A stretch of 64,000 nt of DNA from Spirochaetia bacterium (GTDB taxonomy: Bacteria > Spirochaetota > Spirochaetia > DSM-2461): NCBI GenBank assembly GCA_963666985.2, contig CAXXIA010000002.1, positions 192,001 to 256,000 of the forward strand, given 5' to 3'. Made by a program: the position numbers and the translations under genes. Under the pieces are notes generated by a model that did not search any database, was not told the origin of the DNA, and saw only the letters and a program-made list of their open reading frames with translations. This document shows, in pieces, positions 60,015 through 64,000 of this stretch (positions are counted from its first letter, which is position 1; each line of letters opens with the position of its first letter).

Positions 60015-60743
60015 TTATCCTCCCGTGAAAAACCGTGATTCCTGCCTGGCGATCTCACCGAGGATTCCGGCGGCATCGCAGGCAAGAAGCGCTTCGCCGA
60101 CCGCCGGATTCCGAAACAGACAGGATATGCGCTTCAGTAATCTGAGATGAACCAATTCGCTTGCGGAACTTAAGAGAAAAAAGAATCGAACGGGCTGATC
60201 GTCGGGAGCGTCGAAATCCGTTCCTTCGCGGCAAATGCCCAGAATAACGGCCGGAGCATCCGCCGGGTTCTCAGCCGGACGGCGGGCATGAGGGACGGCC
60301 ACCCCGTTCCCAAGGGCCGTCGAGGAAAGACGTTCGCGTGAAAGAAGAAGCTGAACGTAATGTTCCATATCGGAAACGAGTCCCTGTGCATTAAGCGGAG
60401 CCGCAAGCTGCGACAGAACATCGGTTCTGCTCCCGGGGATTATATCGTCAACAATTGCCGATTGTTTCAGAAGCGGGGCAATGGGAATAATGCCGTCCGC
60501 GGGATTAAAGAACTCAGGGATTCCGCTGCCGGGAATCGGGGCCATGCGGGAAAGAAGCCAGTCGTCGAGAACGGATCGAAGAAAGCGCCATTGGCCGCCG
60601 ACCCGCGCACAGGGAATCTCATTGCGCTGAATCATCCTATGAACTGTTCGTTCACCGATTTTGAGATAGGAAGCGGCTTCGCTCAGCGTGAGGACTCCGT
60701 CTCCGGTCGATTTGTTATGGCATACCATGGCGGCGGATGGCAT
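60015..60743 (-). CDS. Excisionase-like HTH (HTH_17) fused to PTS EIIA (start uncertain)
   Basis: LTL.EAA.YLKI..RTV...EIP..RVGGQWRF; RE..ST..GVAVPHA. Confidence 0.9.
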   Translation of the reverse strand: MPSAAMVCHNKSTGDGVLTLSEAASYLKIGERTVHRMIQRNEIPCARVGGQWRFLRSVLDDWLLSRMAPIPGSGIPEFFNPADGIIPIAPLLKQSAIVDDIIPGSRTDVLSQLAAPLNAQGLVSDMEHYVQLLLSRERLSSTALGNGVAVPHARRPAENPADAPAVILGICREGTDFDAPDDQPVRFFFLLSSASELVHLRLLKRISCLFRNPAVGEALLACDAAGILGEIARQESRFFTGG

Positions 60744-60885
60744 TTGATGACATGGTATCGAGTCGAAATTTTCGTGTCAACAACGGGATACGGAGGTTTT
60801 TCAGCCGAATTCTTCAAGACGATCCGCCTATGTTCGTCATCAAAGATCGATTTAAATGAAGCGGAGATAGGAGGATATCGCTGTT

Positions 60886-61559
60886 TTAATAATCCCGGAC
60901 AAAATCGGAAGTGCGGCCGGTAGAATCGGAATAGGCTCCCTTGAGGTTCTCGGGCAGCAAATCGGCCAAACGAAACATCATTTCATCGGCCATCCGGGCT
61001 CTCTCTTCGGAACTGAGTTTCCCGCCGCCGGACTTTTCCATCAGGAAAGGTTTTCCCACCTTATAGGTTACCGGCGTCCGCCTGAATTTCTTCAGATTCA
61101 GCGGTAATTCCCGCAATCCCCATTGGACCATGGGATAAATAGGCACACCCTTCCGAGAGGCGAAAAACGTTGTTCCCGGCAAAGCCTTTTTCAGTGCTCC
61201 GGATTTACTCCGGGTACCTTCGGGGGCGATGCAGAGAAAATTCCCGTCGTCCAAAACTTTGAAACACCCTCGAATGGCTTTCATATCCATGCCGCCTCGG
61301 TCTACCGGGATGGACTGCCAGGCTTCCATAACCATGCGGGAAAACCATTTATCCCAAAGTTCCCTTTTCGCCAAAGCAATGGTTCTCCGAGGCCGAAGCA
61401 TAATGTAAAACATGGGACCTTCAAAAAAGAAGTATGATTGGCTATTAATATCGCGGGGCCGTTCAGCGGAATATTCTCCACACCTTCGACGGATATTCTG
61501 CAGGTCAGCCGAAAAAAGGCGGAAACAACAGCGTTGACGATACGTTCTTTAAAGGTCAT
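60886..61559 (-). pseudogene. 1-acyl-sn-glycerol-3-phosphate acyltransferase (PlsC-like), frameshift in an A6 run
   Basis: NHTS in ORF 61302-61559; LAK.EL, PVDR, APEGTRS in ORF 60886-61413; one extra base at 61423-61428 restores NHTSFFEGPMF. Confidence 0.85.
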
Positions 61560-61713
61560 GACATCAGCCTGATCAACAACGGCGAATTGGTCAAGGAAGG
61601 TCAGGGAAACAGCACCAGAAAGAATCCCTCTAAAGGATTTCGAAAAAACAATTTACTTATAAATTCGTAATCCTACTTGCTTGGTGGGCTTGGGAGAGAT
61701 ACATTATAGCTCA

Positions 61714-63375
61714 ATGAGTGAGAAATTGACACTTCGAGACATTTTGTTAGAATCCGCCGATCGCTGGCCCCATAAACCCGCTCTCGGGCCGGTCGGATCA
61801 CAATCCCGAACATATACGGAATTTCTTTCCGATGCCGCGACATGGGCGTCCTGGCTTCAAACACTCGGCCTGGTAAAAGGTGATCGTGTCGCCATTCTCG
61901 CCGAAACCAGACCGGAATGGGGAGCCGCATACTTCGGCATAACCTCGGCCGGCTTTATCGCCGTCCCCATTCTCCCTGATTTTTCCGATGCTCAAGTGTC
62001 AAACATTATTACACACTCGGAAATCAAAGCCGGAATATCTTCAAGAAAGCTGGAACGAAATCTCGAATCGGCAATCAAGCTGAGCGAAACCCTGGCCGAC
62101 GATCTGCCCAGAGCCCGGATGGAAGACTTCGCTCTGTCGGCAGGACCGGGTGCCGGAGAAAGACTGTCCGCTTCCGAATCACCCCGGACGATATTCGAAT
62201 CTCCAATAGATGAAACCGATATTGCCGCGATTCTCTATACCTCCGGTACCACGGGGAACTCAAAAGGCGTAACTCTTACGCACCGGGCCATCGCCTGGAA
62301 CGCAAAGGTTAGTATGGATGAGGGACTCGGCGGGAACTTTGAAAATGTCAAACACCTCTCGGTGCTTCCTCTGGCCCATACCTATGAATGCACCCTCGGG
62401 CTTGTGGGAATGCTGTCCGTCGGAGGTGAAATCAAATACTTAGACGGCCCGCCGGTCGCATCCAAGCTCATGAAAGCCCTGGCATTGGAAAAACCGACGG
62501 TCATGCTGACCGTTCCCCTGCTTATGGAAAAGGTTTACAGGTCAAAGGTAGCCGGGCCATTCCAGAAAAACAAATTCAAAAGTTTAATCTTCGCTTTTCC
62601 ACCGGTACGAAAATTGATCCACCGGATCGGCGGGAAAAAGATCATGGAGGCCTTCGGAGGGAATCTTCGGTTCTTCGGAATCGGCGGCGCTCCCCTGCCT
62701 CGGGATGTTGAACGTTTTCTGATCGAAGGAAAATTTCCCTACTCGGTGGGGTACGGTCTCACCGAGACCGCACCGCTTTTAGCCGGCGGACATCCGCAAG
62801 ACATGAAATTCCGATCAACCGGGAAGGTCGTTCCCGGTGTCTCCATCCGCATCACCGATCCGAATAAGAAAGGCGTCGGAGAAATCCAGGCCAAAGGTCC
62901 GAACATCATGGCCGGTTACTGGAAAGACAAGGAAAAGACCGCCGATGTTTTTACCAAGGACGGTTGGTTTCGAACCGGAGACCTCGGCAGAATAAAAGGT
63001 GACATTCTCTATATAAAGGGCCGATTAAAAGATGTCCTGTTGGGTTCCAACGGCGAAAATATCTACCCCGATGAAGTTGAATCGGTCATCAACGGCCATC
63101 ATTTCGTTACCGAATCCCTGGCCTACATCAAAGACGGTCAGCTTATAGCCCGGATTCTCTTGGATGCGGAAAAAATCACCGAAGACGCCAAACTTCTTAA
63201 AATCATCGGAGCGGAAAAACTGACGGCTTGGAAAGCGGATATCATGGAACACATCCGTTGGGAAACAAATAAAAAGCTTGGCCGGAATTCAAAAATTCAA
63301 GCCTTGATTGAACAAATCAAGCCTTTTGAAAAAACACCCAGCTTGAAAATTAAACGGTTTCTCTATACCACTTGA
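61714..63375 (+). CDS. Long-chain fatty acid-CoA ligase (AMP-binding)
   Basis: YTSGTTGNSKG, GYGLTE, GWFRTGD, GR.KD..NGENIYP. Confidence 0.94.
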   Translation: MSEKLTLRDILLESADRWPHKPALGPVGSQSRTYTEFLSDAATWASWLQTLGLVKGDRVAILAETRPEWGAAYFGITSAGFIAVPILPDFSDAQVSNIITHSEIKAGISSRKLERNLESAIKLSETLADDLPRARMEDFALSAGPGAGERLSASESPRTIFESPIDETDIAAILYTSGTTGNSKGVTLTHRAIAWNAKVSMDEGLGGNFENVKHLSVLPLAHTYECTLGLVGMLSVGGEIKYLDGPPVASKLMKALALEKPTVMLTVPLLMEKVYRSKVAGPFQKNKFKSLIFAFPPVRKLIHRIGGKKIMEAFGGNLRFFGIGGAPLPRDVERFLIEGKFPYSVGYGLTETAPLLAGGHPQDMKFRSTGKVVPGVSIRITDPNKKGVGEIQAKGPNIMAGYWKDKEKTADVFTKDGWFRTGDLGRIKGDILYIKGRLKDVLLGSNGENIYPDEVESVINGHHFVTESLAYIKDGQLIARILLDAEKITEDAKLLKIIGAEKLTAWKADIMEHIRWETNKKLGRNSKIQALIEQIKPFEKTPSLKIKRFLYTT

Positions 63376-63494
63376 TTTCCGGCCGTAAGAAACACAAAAT
63401 CCATCGGAAAATCATTTCTGGAATCGATTCACAGTGGGTTTGATTTCCCTTCTTTTTGTTGTTCTTCGGGAATAAAAAAGCCCCTTTGGTATTA

Positions 63495-63523
63495 TTGACA
63501 AAAATATTTATATTTCACATTAT
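63495..63523 (+). promoter_or_regulatory. Sigma70-type promoter
   Basis: TTGACA-17 bp-CATTAT upstream of the MFS gene. Confidence 0.7.
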
Positions 63524-63609
63524 TTCAAAAGGATTTGTAAGCATCTGAAGATTTCATAAGAGATTGTAAGTGTCTGAAATTTCCAAAATTCGGATTTACA
63601 GGACTTCTT

Positions 63610-64000
63610 ATGGAATCGAAAATAACTCACAAAACACAAAACACTATTTTATCAATTTCATTACTTACGGTTATGGCGGGAGCGGCGGTTGCTCCTGCCC
63701 TGGGCACTATTAAGGAACACTTTTCCGAATCATCGAGTATGATGATTCAGCTGATTATTAGCCTGCCGGCTTTATTTATCATTATTACCAATCTCGCATT
63801 TCCCTTAATTTGCCGACTGTTGAAAACAAAAGCAATCGCTCTTATCGGCTTAGCCTTTTATATCGTTTCGGGAACCTTTGCGTTTTGTGCGAATTCGATT
63901 GAAATTCTGCTGATTTTTCGTGCGGTTCTGGGTATGAGTGTGGGCCTGCTCATGCCTCTCGCGACAGGCCTCCTTGCCTTTTATTATCCTCCGGAAGAAC
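63610..64000 (+). CDS. MFS transporter, N-terminal part (3' truncated by window; not in ORF track)
   Basis: Hand translation MESKITHK..ISLLTVMAGAAVAPAL..LLIFRAVLGMSVGLLMP, open to window end. Confidence 0.88.
   Translation, partial: MESKITHKTQNTILSISLLTVMAGAAVAPALGTIKEHFSESSSMMIQLIISLPALFIIITNLAFPLICRLLKTKAIALIGLAFYIVSGTFAFCANSIEILLIFRAVLGMSVGLLMPLATGLLAFYYPPEE

Noticed and set aside
60560..60743. Excisionase indicating a prophage or ICE
   Set aside because: The HTH is fused to PTS EIIA and there are no integrase or phage genes
1..64000. tRNA, rRNA, transposase or integrase genes
   Set aside because: No cloverleaf, rRNA signature or DDE, HUH or recombinase motifs recognised by eye

Overview
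Bacterial chromosomal window, most consistent with a free-living spirochaete (inferred from the gene repertoire; not verifiable here). About 63 CDS; no rRNA, tRNA, CRISPR array, integrase or transposase recognised. Main blocks: mutL 3' end and TPR proteins; pth, CDF transporter, ferredoxin, epmA-efp; an 11 kb GntR/HutC-associated nucleoside uptake and catabolism operon ending in two tandem TrpA-like TIM barrels without trpB (best candidate for an undescribed pathway); an osmoadaptation neighbourhood (MscS, glucosylglycerate-phosphorylase-like GH13_18, MggS-like GT4 pair, KtrAB); SdpR/SdpI; FecCD-type ABC importer; guaC; ppk2; a complete V/A-type ATPase operon bracketed by two PTS EIIA proteins and a USP; lipid genes and an AT-rich MFS gene cut by the window edge. 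Also found by eye: two diverged copies (about 74% identical) of a ~147 bp structured intergenic element with compensatory base changes, a SelB-like protein lacking the G domain, a 57-aa ferredoxin absent from the ORF track, and three single-base gene lesions. All family calls come from motif recognition, not database searches.
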